Shown here in pieces: positions 15,183-16,505 of a stretch of DNA of 16,505 nucleotides (positions are counted from its first letter, which is position 1; each line of letters opens with the position of its first letter). The DNA is taken from positions 1 through 16,505 of the forward strand of contig CAVNZM010000068.1 of the NCBI GenBank assembly GCA_963693365.1, written 5' to 3'. The notes under the pieces were generated by a model that worked only from the letters and a program-made list of their open reading frames with translations, was not told the origin of the DNA and made no database searches. A program made the translations under genes and the position numbers. The DNA comes from Amoebidium appalachense (Eukaryota; Protista; Ichthyosporea).

Positions 15183-16505
15183 TTTATCCTCCTTCTTCTG
15201 GAATGCTCGGACACTGGGCCCCCAAAAGGGCCTCCCCCCGGGACACTCGACGATAAAATCAGCTACATACAACAACAGACAAACAACCACACGTTTACAG
15301 TGATTTGCGAAACACAGTTTAAAAACCACCACAAATTCAACTCTACATTGGTCGACACATCCACACACCCCGGTTACGCGAAAAACCGAGGCATTATTGT
15401 ACTTGCCGCACCACACGTGAGAGTGAAGTGCAAACCGGTAGCAAAAACGGAATTCTCGGTTTCTATATTACCCACCATCTATGTCGGTTGTCGAATTGAC
15501 TCACGAGTTGTCACAGTTACCAATGTCCACTGTTATTTTAGGTGATTTTAACACGCGACTCCACCACACAGACACACTGCAAGTGAGTGTCGGGTACCCA
15601 TCTAAGCCCCCGGAGCGTGCTATCCCTTTAGCAAGGTATGTCCAAAGTCACACTTTGCGGTTCCCTCAAATATCCCATGCCCACAACACCGACTGGGGAG
15701 TGGCCTTTTGGCCATCAACCATGTCAAAACTCTCTCTCCCTCCTAACCTCTCTAGGTCATCTGACCACTCTCCTATCCTTTTCCTACCTAAGATCTCCCT
15801 TGATCTGCTCCCCCCTCCCCCTCCCACCTTTCGCCTCCGTCTATCCCAGCTTAAGTCACAGTGGGGTAGAGTTGATGTATGTGTATGCTATGCTACGAAA
15901 CACCCTATATATATGCGCCTATTAGAATCTGCACAAGCCAGGCCAGATTCACATCTCGTACTAGATACATGCACTAACTTTATTGTTGATGATTTGATAG
16001 ATCTCGGTGATTATGCTGGCGGTGGTAGGAAGGAATACCCCGATGCTCTCTTGTTACCAAACACCACTCCCGCTAGACTAGGTGAACCCCTGTCTCAAAA
16101 GGAAAGCTTGCGCCGGCTTGCTAGTATGAATCGATTTGGCCCCCCTGCTCGTATTATTGGTGATACCACTGGAGACCCCCTCATAGACTCTGATAAGTAT
16201 TTCTCGGAACTGTTTAAAGATAGGACCCCCGCTCAGAAACCTATTGTGTGGCCTGTAGACCCATCTATCCCCATAGAATCGATCCTCCCCTTTTTCAGTC
16301 CCGATGCCATATGGTCTGTGATATCTAGTTATAGCTCTAGTAAGTCTTGTGGACCTGATCCTAAATGTGGACATGTCCCGTCATCTTGGTTAGATACCTT
16401 AGTGATCCCCATAGTTAAGAAGGACTCTGAGGGCCCCATATCATCCTTTCGCCCCATTACACTAACCCAGGTTGTTCGTAGATTCTTTGAAGCTTGCTTA
16501 CTTAG
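15175..16505 (+). pseudogene. LINE ORF2 (APE endonuclease plus RT N-terminus), frameshifted
   Basis: MPNLSSFFWNARTL, then a shifted frame with TVICET and RGIIVL. The original frame is open again from 15442 to the window end: YYPP, VILGDFN (GDFN 15541-15552), SDH (15760-15768), KSCGPD, VPSSW, VIPIVKK, FRPITLT. The ORF track misses it because no stop is reached. Confidence 0.88.

Larger units (their letters stand above)
14441..16505 (+). mobile_element. Non-LTR retrotransposon (LINE, APE-RT type), 5' portion; continues beyond the window
   Basis: ORF1 followed by an overlapping ORF2 with APE endonuclease and RT motifs. The 5' boundary is approximate. Confidence 0.88.

Noticed and set aside
14451-15416. 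321-aa - strand ORF over the LINE
   Set aside because: Antisense shadow of ORF1 and the endonuclease; the + strand carries the recognisable motifs.

Overview
Eukaryotic genomic DNA (spliceosomal introns, microsatellites, C/G homopolymers); the organism cannot be identified from the sequence. The + strand carries five GT-AG exons (888-1076, 2405-2563, 3490-3698, 4522-4693, 13491-13697) that join in phase into a stop-free 312-aa segment resembling a ParB/Sulfiredoxin-fold protein. Its start and stop are not evident in the window. One intron holds a complete 8227-bp Ty3/Gypsy chromodomain LTR retrotransposon on the - strand (5048-13274), with two 610-bp LTRs that look identical, a CCACT TSD, a PBS and a PPT. 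The element has an unusual gag/pol junction, a frameshifting microdeletion just after YLDD, and a strong strand-specific enrichment of the pentamer ACGAA. The exon block is bracketed by two outward-facing ends of AT-rich DNA-transposon-like elements sharing a 14-bp terminal sequence. A LINE (ORF1 plus a damaged APE-RT ORF2) follows the right-hand end and runs off the window. All protein-family calls are by-eye motif recognition; no searches were run.
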